DNA of 47,131 bases from Chiloscyllium plagiosum (taxonomy: Eukaryota): NCBI RefSeq assembly GCF_004010195.1, contig NC_057751.1:2402904-2450034 (forward strand). The letters run 5' to 3'. Made by a program: the position numbers and the translations under genes. Within the stretch, counting starts at the first letter, position 1; each line of letters opens with the position of its first letter. Below are positions 11,165 through 21,961 of this stretch, one piece after another. The notes beneath the pieces are model-generated. The model had not been told where the DNA came from. It worked only from the letters and a program-made list of their open reading frames with translations, and searched no databases.

Positions 11165-11570
11165 CTTAGCCTGTCCCAGGATAGATGTGTTGTCCCAGTT
11201 AAAAAAAAAACACCATTTCGACTGGGAAAACACATCTATCCTGGGACAGGCTAAGCAAAGACATGCCAGAGAATTCCTAGAGGTCTGGCACTCCAACCAC
11301 AACGCCACAAACAAACACACAGATCTAGATACCACCTATCAACTCCTCAGAAAACGAACAGGAAATAACATCACCACAAACCCCAGGAACCCCATCCAGG
11401 ACAAACATATAAATAGAAAACAGGAGACAACGGCTTCGCTTCACTTGGAGGTCGCCACTGATGATGTTACCTAGCCAGGTAATGAAACGTCTGGATATCA
11501 AATCTGCAGCTCAGCGAGCAAATCTACACCCTAACCTCAACCTGAGCTACAAACCTTTACAAACCTTGCA
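11165..11570 (+). mobile_element. Short Penelope (Poseidon-like) insertion: 35-bp inverted arm + GIY-YIG C-terminus + pLTR
   Basis: HHFDWENTSILGQAKQRHAREFLEVWHS matches the ~4820-4900 protein; 11165-11199 is the reverse complement of 11221-11255 (1 mismatch). Confidence 0.9.
11455..11494 (+). ncRNA. Minimal type-I hammerhead ribozyme motif (core intact)
   Basis: CCA-CTGATGA-T-GTTACCT-AGCC-AGGTAAT-GAAA-CGTC-TGG: helix I CCA/TGG, 7-bp helix II, palindromic ACGT, GUC cleavage triplet. Confidence 0.85.
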
Positions 11571-12087
11571 TTCAGTATCAAGTTCTATAAATTTAGGGCC
11601 TGAACTCCCCCATGTCCAAGCCCCCGACCTCGCACACCAGGCCTTGTTAGTATATATTCTGCCTTTTTACACTACCTATTATTAGCCATTAACAATTTTC
11701 AATTCACCCTCCCAGCGAGATTAATATCGATTCCTTTGTCCGTCCAACTGTCCTTCTGCCTCTATCCCTACGTCTTATTTATTCCTGATTTCCTCTTCCC
11801 CACCCTATCTTCTGCATAAAAAAACAACATTTTCCTGGCTACCATCAGTTCCAAGGAAGGGTCATGAAGCTATGGAAGATAGAGGGTTAAAGGTTTAAGG
11901 AGGGAATTTCAGAGGTCAAGCCTAGCCAATGATTGACAGTAGTGAGTGGAGGACGTTCTTATTGGATTTTTTTAAAATTGAGATCTGCTTCTTGATTTAA
12001 CTTTAAAAGGGCCAAAACGTTAACTTTGATTTCTCATCACAGATGCTGCCAGACCTGCTGAGCCCTTCCAGCAACTTCTGTTTTTGC
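11571..12087 (+). mobile_element. Penelope-like 3' end and pLTR (different family) with an interrupted hammerhead
   Basis: Probable ORF end TTCAGTATCAAGTTCTATAAATTTAGGGCCTGA; AGTT-CCAAGGA-AGGGTCA…[~145 nt]…GGCC-AAAA-CGTT-AACT followed by CAGATGCTGCCAGACCTGCTGAG. Confidence 0.7.
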
Positions 12088-12589
12088 ACCATAGTGACCA
12101 ATTAGATCCGCTTTCCAACCAATCTCCTCCCGTGATTGAATATCAAATTTTGTTTGAAAATGCAACTGTGAAGTTTAACCATACTTTAACAAAAGTGACA
12201 ACTTATACTTACATTGTGCCTTTAGCATAGGAAAACCTCAGAGGGAAGAGGGTTTCAGTAGTGGGTGAGCTGAGGTATGGATTAAGTTGGGTTATGTTCC
12301 TCGGTAGAAATAGGTGGCCTTGGTTATGCCAATATAAGCTGAGATTGCAGAGGGTAAATTCAAGACGAGCCTCCCTGGACTGTGAACATGAATGCAGAGG
12401 TTCAGAAGTAAGTCACCAGTAGCAGTGCTGGATAGTTTAAACATATGTCAAGTGCAAATTCCCATCTTTTAAGCTGCAAAAAAGGCATAGGTGTCACTGT
12501 TGGTTGAATTTCTGTTTCAGGACAATGAAAATTTGGACTGTACTCAAACTTTTGAAAGTATTCTGAACATTTGATTTTGCCAGTTTATT

Positions 12590-12815
12590 GCAAAGAGGAG
12601 AAAAAGCAGGGGAGTTCTCACTGAAGCCTGGCAATTATTTTTCCTTCAACCAACATTATTGCATTGCTGTTGATTGTACGCTTGCTGTGTGCAAAATGAT
12701 TGTCATGTTTCCAAAATTACAGCAGTGATTACATTTCAAAATACACTTCATTGACTGTGAAGCAGTTCAGAATGCTTAGAGGCTGCAGAGGCACTATATG
12801 AAGGCAGTAGTTTCT
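12590..12815 (+). mobile_element. Deu-domain SINE remnant (SacSINE1/AmnSINE1-like)
   Basis: GGGGAGTTCTC…CCTGGCAATTATTT…TCAACCAACA…TTGCTGTGTGCAAAATG…TTACAGCAGTGATTACATTTCAAAA…CTTCATTGACTGTGAAGC…GGCACTATATGAA resembles the Deu domain and tail. Confidence 0.7.
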
Positions 12816-13455
12816 ATTTTTTTTCCTGCCTTCTCATCTCAGTCCTTTGCATTTAATCCTGTAACTGTACCCACCTTGTTCCTCACCCCTTAACCTCAGG
12901 AAACAGCCTCTTGTCTGCTGGTTAAAATTTTACCTTGGGTGAAGATGAGCAAAGATCGACCTCAAGATTCCAGCCTCTCTCTCCGATGTGTTTTTGTAAA
13001 TCTGTGGGGAGATGAGAGGCAGTGATTGCGGTGCTGGAGCTGGGAAGTGGAGGCAGGGTAGAGCAGGAAAAATTTTCATTTCATATCTTTGTACAATTCC
13101 CTTTGGGAAGTTACAATTGAATCAATATCCTCTGCCCTTTCAGTGCATTCCAGCTCACAAAAACTTGCTGTGTTGAGCAAATTATTTCTCATACGCCATT
13201 CCATACTTCTGTTAAAATAACCAGCAGTTAAATGAGCTGTTATGGTTAATTGATGAATTGAACTGTCCCTTTTGATTTATCCCTCGTCCCTGTCTCCCCA
13301 TGTCTCCCTCACCTTTGGTGGTCGGCACTGCCCTTAGTGGATTTTGCATGTAAATTAATCAATTGGAAAACCCAAGAGATTTACAGGTGGTAGTTAATAG
13401 ATGAAAAAATATCACGGTTGATCTGGTGAGGGGAAAAGAAATGATCGGTGCAAGC

Positions 13456-14214
13456 TGTTACGACATGTCGGTGAGCCGTCTGTTAATTAAACCAAACACC
13501 CAGAAAAGCTCACCTTGTTTCATAGTCTGTTAAAATGTGAGTGACAGACAATTACCAAATTCCAACCACTCTTTAAAGAAAAAATATCAATTTATTCTTT
13601 AACTCTAAAAGTGAACATTAAACAACAACTATTCACAACTCTAAGCCCCCTTTCTCTAAACTGTTTATTGTCTGCCTCATAACAATATGCTGTTCTATAA
13701 TAATATACTTAAAAACATTTATTACATCAACTTAATTTCAAACCATACAGTGGCTATCTTCTGTGGTGTCTGTCTTCCTCCGGTTGTAGATCTCCCTGGG
13801 TCGTCGTCTTTGGTTTTACTGCAAGTGTGTTTCACATGAAAAGCTATCTTTGATGGAGAGTGTTTCAATCCTTTGGGTCCCTCTGTCTCTCGATGGCAGT
13901 TACTCTTTCAAAATGTCTGCTTTTTTATACCCCCAACATTGGATTGTCTCATTGTTTCAATTTGGGCAAAACAATAAATTCAAACTCGATTAGATTTTAG
14001 TATCCTGGGACATAATTTAAACCAATTGGTTAAATTCGAATTGTTGTCAAAACGACAACCAACTCAGGTATCCATTTCACAGTTACATATTTTCAATTTT
14101 CCAGGACACTGTGAGACTGTTAGCTAGTCATATGACATGTGTTTATAAGCTGTCAGTGCAAAACAGCATTCACTCTCTCTTAAGATTACAGTACATGCCT
14201 TCAAATTCATAACA
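13456..14214 (-). mobile_element. Gypsy-type solo LTR, 759 bp, same family as 3039-5331
   Basis: TGTTACGA…TCATAACA termini; flanks AAGC/AAGA (4-bp TSD, one mismatch); minus-strand TATA-like GGGGTATAAAAAA at ~13921-13934 and AATAAA at ~13591-13596. Confidence 0.85.
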
Positions 14215-14367
14215 AAGAGCATTTCTGGATATATTAAAAAAATGAAAACAAAATTACAAAAATTTTAAAAATAGGAAATGGTGTATTTTTGCAGTGCAGT
14301 GGCCACGTTCCTAACTTTGGGTTTGGATGTCTGGCTTCAATTTGCACCTGCCATGGAAGTGTGTCAT

Positions 14368-14682
14368 GGGCAGCATGGTGACTCAGTGGTTAGCATTGCT
14401 GCCTCACAGCACCAGGGTCCCAGGTTCAATTCTACCCTCGGGCAACTGTCTGTGTGGAGTTTGTACATTCTCCCTGTGTCTGCGTGGGTTTCTTCCGGGT
14501 GCTCCGGTTTCCTCTCACAATCCAAAGATGTGCAGGTCAGGTGAATCGGCCGTGCTAAATTGCCCGTAGTGTTAGGTGCATTCGTCAGAGGGAAATGGGT
14601 CTGGGTGGGTTACTCTTCGGAGGGTCAGTGTGAACTGGTTGGACCGAAGGGCCTGTTTCCACACTGTAGGGAATCTAATCTA
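14368..14682 (+). mobile_element. tRNA-derived V-SINE (HE1-like), full length
   Basis: GGGCAGCATGGTGACTCAGTGGTTAGC…GGTTCAATTC head, complete V-domain, tail GGACCGAAGGGCCTGTTTCCACACTGTAGGGAATCTAATCTA. Confidence 0.93.
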
Positions 14683-15382
14683 GTAACATGTATGAATAAG
14701 TCAATTGTAGAAAACGAAAGCTCAGTTGTTTTGTGTTCTTCCTGACTGTCTTGAATTCAGATTGATGATGTTAAATTTGTGTCACCTGATTGCTGACCCC
14801 TATGTCGTTGAAAAACATTTCTTCCTGTTCCTTCTTTCTGAACAATTCATAATTTTGAATATCTCTTTCAAATCTCTCCCAACTTTCTCGACTCTCAATA
14901 GAACAATGCCAGTTTTTCTAGTCTTCCCACAGAATTGAAGTTTCTTATCTTTAGCACTGTTTTACCAAATTTGTTCCACATACTTTTAAGGCCTTCACAT
15001 CCTTCCCAAATCTGGTGCTAAGATGGCCTGGATAGGAATAGTGGTGGCAGGGTAGGTAGGTCAGTGGAGAGTGGTTGGCAAGGCAGGGAGTGTACTATCT
15101 GGATTGCAAAGCTTATATTCTCATCTGTGAAGTGGTGTCTGGAGCATGGAAGAGGAGAAGGTAGATCCAACCTTGAACACAGATGAAGGAGGGGAGGCTG
15201 GACTGAATTTTTGGGGTGTAGAGATGGGTCTCAGGATGTCTTGAGGTACAATGAATAGCATTCCTGCCTTTCAGCTCAAGTTCTAAATTGAAGTTCCACC
15301 CCCAAAACTTGTTGGCCATGAAAGATGATTGAGAACACTGCTCAATAGGTTTAGGATCAACTGCTGATTACGCAGGGTCACA

Positions 15383-16662
15383 ATGCTTTTGTGCGTGGAA
15401 AATCATGTCTCACGAGCTTGATTGAGCTTCTTTGAAGAAGGAACAAAGAGGATTGATGAGGGCAGAGCAGTGGAAGTGATCTATATGGACTTCGGCAAAG
15501 CATTCAGCAAGGTTCCTCGTGGTAGACTTGTTAGCAAGATTAGATCTCATGGAATACAGGGAGAACTAGCCATCTGGATACAGAACTAGCTCACAGATAG
15601 AAGACGGAGGGTGGTAGTGGAGGGTTGTATTTCAGACTGGAAGCCTGTGACCAGCGGTGTGCCCCAAGGATTGGTACTGGGTCTACTGCTTTTCATCATT
15701 TGTATAAATGACTTGGATGGAACATAGGAGGAATAGTAAGTAAGTTTGCAGATGTCACCAAAATTAGAGGTATAGTGGACAGCAAAAAAGATTACCTCAG
15801 ATTACAATGGGATCTTGATCAGATGGGCCAATGAGCTGAGGAGTGGCAGATGGAGTTTAATTTAGATAAATGTGAGGAGCTGCATTTTGGAAAAGCAAAT
15901 CAAAGCAGGGCTTATACTCATGGTAAGGTCCTGGCACATGTTGCTGAGCAAAGAGCTCTTGGAGTACAGTTTAACAGTTCCTTGAAAGTGGAGTCACAGG
16001 TAGATAAGGTAGTGAAGAAGGTGTTCGGTATACTTGCCTTTATTGGTCAGTGCATTTAATACAGGCTTTAGGAGGTCATGTTGCGGCTGTACAGGTAATT
16101 GATTAGGCCAAGTTTGGAATATTGCATACAATTCTGGTCTCCTTCCTATCGGAAGAATGTTGCGAAACTTGAAAGGATTCAGAAAAGGTTTACAAAGATG
16201 TTGCCAGGCTTGGAGGATTGAGCTACAAGGAGAGGCTGAATAGGCTGGGGCTGTTTTCCCTGGAGTGTAGGAGGCTGAGGGGTGACCTCATAAAGGTTTA
16301 TAAAATCATGAGGAGCATGGATAGGATAAACAGATAAGGTCTTTTCTCTGGGGTGGGGAGTCCAGAACAAGAAGGCATAGGTTTAGGGTGAGAGGGGAAA
16401 GATATAAGAGACCTAAGGGGTAACGCTTTCACCCAGAGGGTGGTGTGTGTATGTAATGAGCTGCTAGAGGAAGTGGTGGATGCTAGTACAATTGCAACAA
16501 TTAAAAGGCATCTGGATAAGTATATGACTAGGAAGGGTTTGAGAGGGATATAGGCTAAGTGCTGGGAGATGGGACAAGATTAGGTTAGGATATCTGATCA
16601 GCATGGATGAATTGGACCAAAGGGTTTGTTTCCGTGCTATACATCTCTATGACTCGATGACT
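15383..16662 (+). mobile_element. CR1 (HER1-like) LINE, RT to 3' end, decayed
   Basis: AAGTTTGCAGATGTCACC (FADD-like), MEFNLDKCEELHFG and CTATGACT tail; homologous to ~7690-8880 in opposite orientation. Confidence 0.92.
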
Positions 16663-17727
16663 CAGTCAGCAGTCACTTGTAGAATTTTGACACACAAACT
16701 GGCTGAACCGACATTGCACAATGCTGTGCATTACCTTCCCAGTCATGCTGTTCACTGACTGTTTCATCAAGTGCACACATACTGCAACACAAGTGCACTT
16801 GCTTGCTCTCCTCTTCATGATCATTGATTTTTTTTCAGAAATACATCCATTTCAGTTCCATAAACAGGACCTGAATTGATCTGAGTCTATGAGGTCCCCA
16901 CGTTCTGTTTAATTCAACACTTTACTGCAACACATATTATCAGCAAGCATTGCTTAGACCCCTGGTGCAGCTAACAGAAACCTCATATTGATTACCTCCT
17001 TCCCTTCACAACACAACTTCCCATTTGGCAGTGCATCAAAATTGGCTCATAACTCTGAGCACAGCACAGAAATCCAATAGCAGAAGAGATACTGTTGAGC
17101 AGCAGAGATGTAGGATATTATTTTTGATGATGTTCTTTGTGTGGATTGCACAGCCTCAATCAGTCTTCGGCAGCAAGGTCTCAGAGGGATTCATTTGATG
17201 AAGAATGAATCATTCCCTGTATTGACATTAATGGATAAGGCTGATCCTGCCTGCAATCCAAATGCTTCTGGTTGAATTTCTCAGCAAGTCAATATCTTGA
17301 GATTATTTGCAGAGTTTTGTCTTAACACTCATTGCTGAGACGATTGTGGACCTTTTGCCTTTATGCACCAATATTGTCTGAGACTTCTCGCATGAGCCCT
17401 GCTCTGCTGAAGATAACATTCCTCGCGTGATTAATAGTTTCCCGTTTCACCGATCCAAATGATTGTAGCCGCCGGTAAAGGAATCATAAACCATTGTTCC
17501 AGTTCATCTAGCCTGAATTCAAACTGAATGCAAAACATCAAGAAACACAGGGAAAATAAAAATCAGTCAGTTTTGAAAATCCTGCAGTTAACCATTGCTA
17601 AAACAGATACATGAATATTTATCATCTAGTTAGACATTGTTATTTTGATGTATTTGACACTCGTTTGGTTGTGTCAGTCAAGTGGCAATATATGAGGTAA
17701 GGGTGGCACTTTCTCTTCTCTCTAAAT

Positions 17728-17975
17728 GTAAGAATATAAGAAATGGGAGCAAGAGTTGTGCCATTCAGCCCTTGAACTTTGCTGCTTTTCCAAATTATCT
17801 CAAGTGATCTTCTCCCTCACCATTATTTTCCAACTTGCTCCCCACAGTCCTTGATTCCCTTCACACTGAAAACTCCAATGCCCTTGAATAAAAATGACTG
17901 AGCAGGCACAGATTTTTGAGGTAGAGAGTCCCAAAGATATCAAACCTCTCAATGGAAGCAGTTTTCTTCATTTCT
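17728..17975 (-). mobile_element. CR1 3' end remnant
   Basis: TAAGAATATAAGAAATGGGAGCAAGAG…CCATTCAGCCC reversed 3' UTR signature. Confidence 0.65.
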
Positions 17976-17979
17976 GTCC

Positions 17980-18732
17980 ACATTGGTGAGATCAAGCAGA
18001 CATTACGAGAACAGATGAATGGACACTGCACAACAATTGTCAGATGGGGATGTTCCTTCCCAGTTGGGGAACATCACATTGGTCAAGGACATTCAGCCTC
18101 AGATCTTCGGGTGACCGTCCTCCAAGGCGGACTTTGGAAAATGCAGATAGCCAAGTTCAGTTCCCATGAGGACAGCCTCAAACATGGTCTTGGGTTCATG
18201 TCATACTACAGGTGACCCCAGTACACTACACATACACACACACTCTTTCATTCTCTCTCTCTCTTTCTCATTTGCAGATACATTCTGTTTCGTTCAAAAA
18301 GCAGACAATCTGTAGGCAGTCAGTCTATGTGACATTGTTTGAATTCCTATTTTGGAAATAGAACCAATCTGATTCAAGGTTGAGATGCAGACAGACTGTA
18401 ACCTCACACCATTAATGAATTGTCTGAGCTGAGATGTCACCTTTCTTTTCATAAAACCTTAAGTTATCTCAGGACTGTGACTTGAAAGAAGTTCTGAGAT
18501 TTACACATTAATCATTCGAAACCTTCATCCCCACTCTAAGTGATTAGAGACTTAGCACCAATCGAGGTTCAATGCATTGCATCAGTTGTATGACATTTTG
18601 ATCTTTTACTATAAATTGTGTGTCATACGATCCTGCCCCACTAGCTATCTGATGAGGGAGCAGGGCTCCAAAAGCTTGTGCTACCAAATAAACTTGCTGG
18701 TCTATGACCTGATGTCGTGTGAATTTTAACTT
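17980..18732 (+). mobile_element. Penelope-like element (Neptune-like) 3' fragment: GIY-YIG C-terminus, (CA)n/(CT)n tract, pLTR with decayed hammerhead
   Basis: HIGEIKQTLREQMNGH…GLGFMSYYR; hammerhead-like TAT-CTGATGA-G-GGAGC-AGG-GCTCC-AAAA-GCTT-GTG at 18646-18680. Confidence 0.82.
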
Positions 18733-19431
18733 TCCTCTTTTTCAATGACATTACAACAAAAACATTGGCATTTCAGTGCTTTGGGAATTGCTGAAATTGT
18801 GAAAGATGTTGTACAAATATAACTCTTCCATCAAAGCGAAGATCTAAACAATAAACATGACGCAACTTTCATAGAAATGTGGGAATCCCACGGGATGGCT
18901 CTTAAAGTGAAATAGTAACTGGCAATGAAAGCAGTTCGGTTATTTGATTGAGGCATTTCTGCTCATTGTAATTCCTCAGGGATCGCCACTGCCCATCAGA
19001 TCTACTTCAGGCCATCAATAGTCAGTAATTTTGAAATATCATGGGTTTTCCCCCAACAACTGACAATGCTATTATCAGACTATAAATTATTTAAATAGAC
19101 AACAAATCCCTTCATTTGCCATTGGAGGATTCAAACCCAGGGGCCCAGAACATTACCTCATCCTCTGGATAATAGTAATGCAAATCTACCATCAATTCCC
19201 TCCCAACATCTCACCACTGCTAAGAACAAAAGGTATTAAATGAATCAGACTCAAAAAAAGAGAATTAACTGAGCAGTCCCTGCTATGTGAGTCAGTCTAT
19301 GTGTTATGACTACTCGTGGCATTTCAGTGTTGCCTCTCATTTATTTGCCCTGTGCTACTTTTGTTCCTAATTGTTACTGATAAGCTGCTAATTGGATCAC
19401 TTTACAAATGTTCCTGAGAAGCATATGGGAA

Positions 19432-19725
19432 GGGCTGCTGTGACACAGTTGGAGTGTCCCTGACTCTGGACCAGGAGGTCCAGGTTAAAGTCCTGTCTGA
19501 ACCAGAGATGTGTAAAAACATCCCTGAATAGGTTGATGATAAAATATCTAAAAGATGGAAAAGCATCTGGGAAATGTGGCTGGAATGAGTGAAGCACTCA
19601 TTTGTCGGGCTCTTGTGGTGCAGTGGCAATATCCTTCCTTTTGGTCCATGAAGTCTGGATTTAAATCTGATATGTTCCAGGGATGTGTAATAAATCGCTG
19701 AACGGTTTGATCTGAAGGTATCAAA
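19432..19725 (+). repeat. Two tandem ~120-bp tRNA-derived SINE-like units
   Basis: Units ~19432-19552 and ~19607-19725 share GGGCT…TG(A/G)YRCAGT…(B-box-like GGTTAAAGTCC)…CCAG(A/G)GATGTGTAA…CTGAA…GGTT; a reverse partial copy lies at ~43455-43512. Confidence 0.6.
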
Positions 19726-19847
19726 AACTCATTCAGAAAATGAAAACCTGTGATTTATACGAACACTATCTGTCAGTTGTGGAAATAGCACATACACAAA
19801 ACGAAAGCTGACCAGTTGTAAGTGACGTAACCATTCTAAAAGATGTC

Positions 19848-20130
19848 CATAAGACCATAAGATGTTAGAACACAATTAGGCCATTTGGCTCATTGAATCT
19901 GCTCAACCATTTAATCATGACTGATATGTTTCTCAACCCGTCATCTGCACTCTCCCCGTAATCCTTGATCCTCTTACGAATGAAGAACCTATCTACCTCT
20001 GTTATAAAAGACACTTATTGACTTGGCCTCTGCAGCCTTCTGCAGCAACATGATCCACAGATACACCACCCTCTGGCTGAAAAAGATTCTTCACCATCTC
20101 AGTTCTAAAGGGTTGTCCCTTCACGCTGCA
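19848..20130 (-). mobile_element. CR1 3' end remnant
   Basis: (CATAAGAC)2 tail and reversed 3' UTR; ACCACCCTCTGGCTGAAAAAGATTC = N-L-F-S-Q-R-V-V on the minus strand. Confidence 0.8.
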
Positions 20131-20414
20131 GGCTGTGAATTGTATTGTGTTGAATTAGCTTTGTTGTCACATATACTCTTTGAGTACAGTGAAAGGTTTA
20201 TACATTGCCACTTACAGCACCAGCTTAGGTCCAAAGGACGTAGGTACAGCTTCTTTCATTACAAAATCTAAGAAATTTGAGAAATAAAATGTCCAGCATT
20301 GCAGGAATAAAAGTCCAGAACAGCGTTCATCCCATCCTTGCCACACTGGCACTTAGGAATGCTCCAGACTGCCACACTGGACTTCAATCTTTTCCAGTCG
20401 AAGGGTGTGGTCCG

Positions 20415-21150
20415 ATAAGTTGACATTCAGCCTCGGACCTTCAGGTGACCATCTCCAAGGTGGACTTCGGGACAGGCAGCAGAGGAAAGTGGCCGAGCAG
20501 AGACTGATAGCTAAGTTCGATACCCATAGGGAGGGCCTCAACCGGGATCTTGGGTTCATGTCACATTACAGATGATCACCATTGCACTACACACACACAC
20601 AGATATTCCTACACATACACACGGACACAGGTACACACAGATGCGCACACAGGCACCCACACACACACTTATAGACACACACAGTCCCACAGTCATACAT
20701 GCACCCCCTCACAGACTTAAGACACTTTGCACTCACTACACACACACACACACTTTCTCACACTCACACCCCCACCCAACAGGTTTCATTGGAAGCACAC
20801 TAGCTTTCGGAGCGACGCTCCTTCATCAGGTGATTGTGGAGGGCTCGATCGTAACACAGAATTTATAGCAAAAATTTGCAGTTGATTTACACATGAAAGA
20901 AGTGAAACTATCATTGTATTCTAACAGATGAAAGGCTTAACAGACAATCAATTTTTCAATGTATAATTTCAGTTACATCACACTGCAAATTTTTGCTATA
21001 AATTCTGTGTTACGATCGAGCCCTCCACTATCACCTGATGAAGGAGCATCGCTCCGAAAGCTTCCAATTAAACCTGTTGGACTCTAACCTGGTGTTGTGT
21101 GATTTTTAACTTTGTACATCCCAGTCCAACACCGGCATCTCCAAATCATG
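20415..21150 (+). mobile_element. Penelope-like (Neptune-like) 3' fragment with (CA)n tract, inverted pLTR arm and direct pLTR
   Basis: Homologous to ~18085-18732; inverted repeat 20776-20882 / 20982-21080. Confidence 0.85.
20798..20832 (-). ncRNA. Minimal type-I hammerhead ribozyme motif (core intact, in the antisense arm)
   Basis: Minus strand CAC-CTGATGA-A-GGAGC-GTC-GCTCC-GAAA-GCTA-GTG: helix I CAC/GTG, 5-bp helix II, palindromic AGCT, CUA triplet. Confidence 0.8.
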
Positions 21151-21439
21151 CAAATATAATTATATTGAAATTGGCCTGCCCCCAGTTTTGACACTTAACT
21201 CATGAAATATCTTTCCCCCTTTCCATAATGCTTTTGAAAATTAGAGTGTTATGTTCGCTATCCCCAAAAATATTCACCCACTGAAATTTCCTCCACTTGA
21301 CTGGTTTCATTCTCTTGAGTTACATGTAGCACTGTCTCATCTCTTATGGGATTATCTATCTACTGGCACAGGAAGCTGTCCTAGATGCACTTTAAAAATT
21401 CTATCCCTTTCTAATCCTTTCACTTTAAGGTGATCCCAG

Positions 21440-21517
21440 ATATCAAACCTACAGCTCAGCGAGTAAACCTACATCCTAAACCTCAACCTGAGCTACAAAC
21501 CTTCACAAACCTTGCAA
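21440..21517 (+). mobile_element. Penelope pLTR 3'-terminal fragment
   Basis: Matches ~11495-11570; flanked by direct repeat ATCCCAG at 21433-21439 and 21518-21524. Confidence 0.8.
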
Positions 21518-21961
21518 ATCCCAGTCAACGTGAGCAAAGTTGAAGTCCCCTACAATAATAACCCTCTTTCTCACAGTTTTCTGTGATTTGCCTATGTATT
21601 TACTCTGCACTCTCCCTTTGACTATTGGGATGCCTGTAGTATACTCCAGCAAGATAGTCACACCTATTTTATCTCTGAACCAAACCCAGTGGCTTCATTT
21701 GAAGCTCCTTCTGGGATGTCATTTCTCATTACAACGGTGATGGTTTTCTCTTTTATCAATAGCGCAATGCCTGCAACTCTCTTACATCCCACCATCGTAC
21801 CTGAAACATCTTTTTCTTTATTCAACTCTCGATATCCCTTGACATCCAGGTACTGTGCTACCCCTTGCCCTTCAGTGTTTGAGGAAAACAATGACCCTAT
21901 ATTCTCACTGTATTACTTTTAAAAGATTCTCACTTTCCAAATGTAGACCTGGGTGCAAATT

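Noticed and set aside
10959..11474. 171-aa ORF
   Set aside because: Fusion of antisense CR1 with the Penelope hairpin and GIY-YIG tail; not a host gene
14368..14440. tRNA-like A/B boxes here and in the other SINE heads
   Set aside because: These are SINE heads, not tRNA genes: no complete cloverleaf, and they continue into the V-domain
20572..20868. His/Thr-rich ORF
   Set aside because: Translation of the (CA)n tract within a Penelope 3' region
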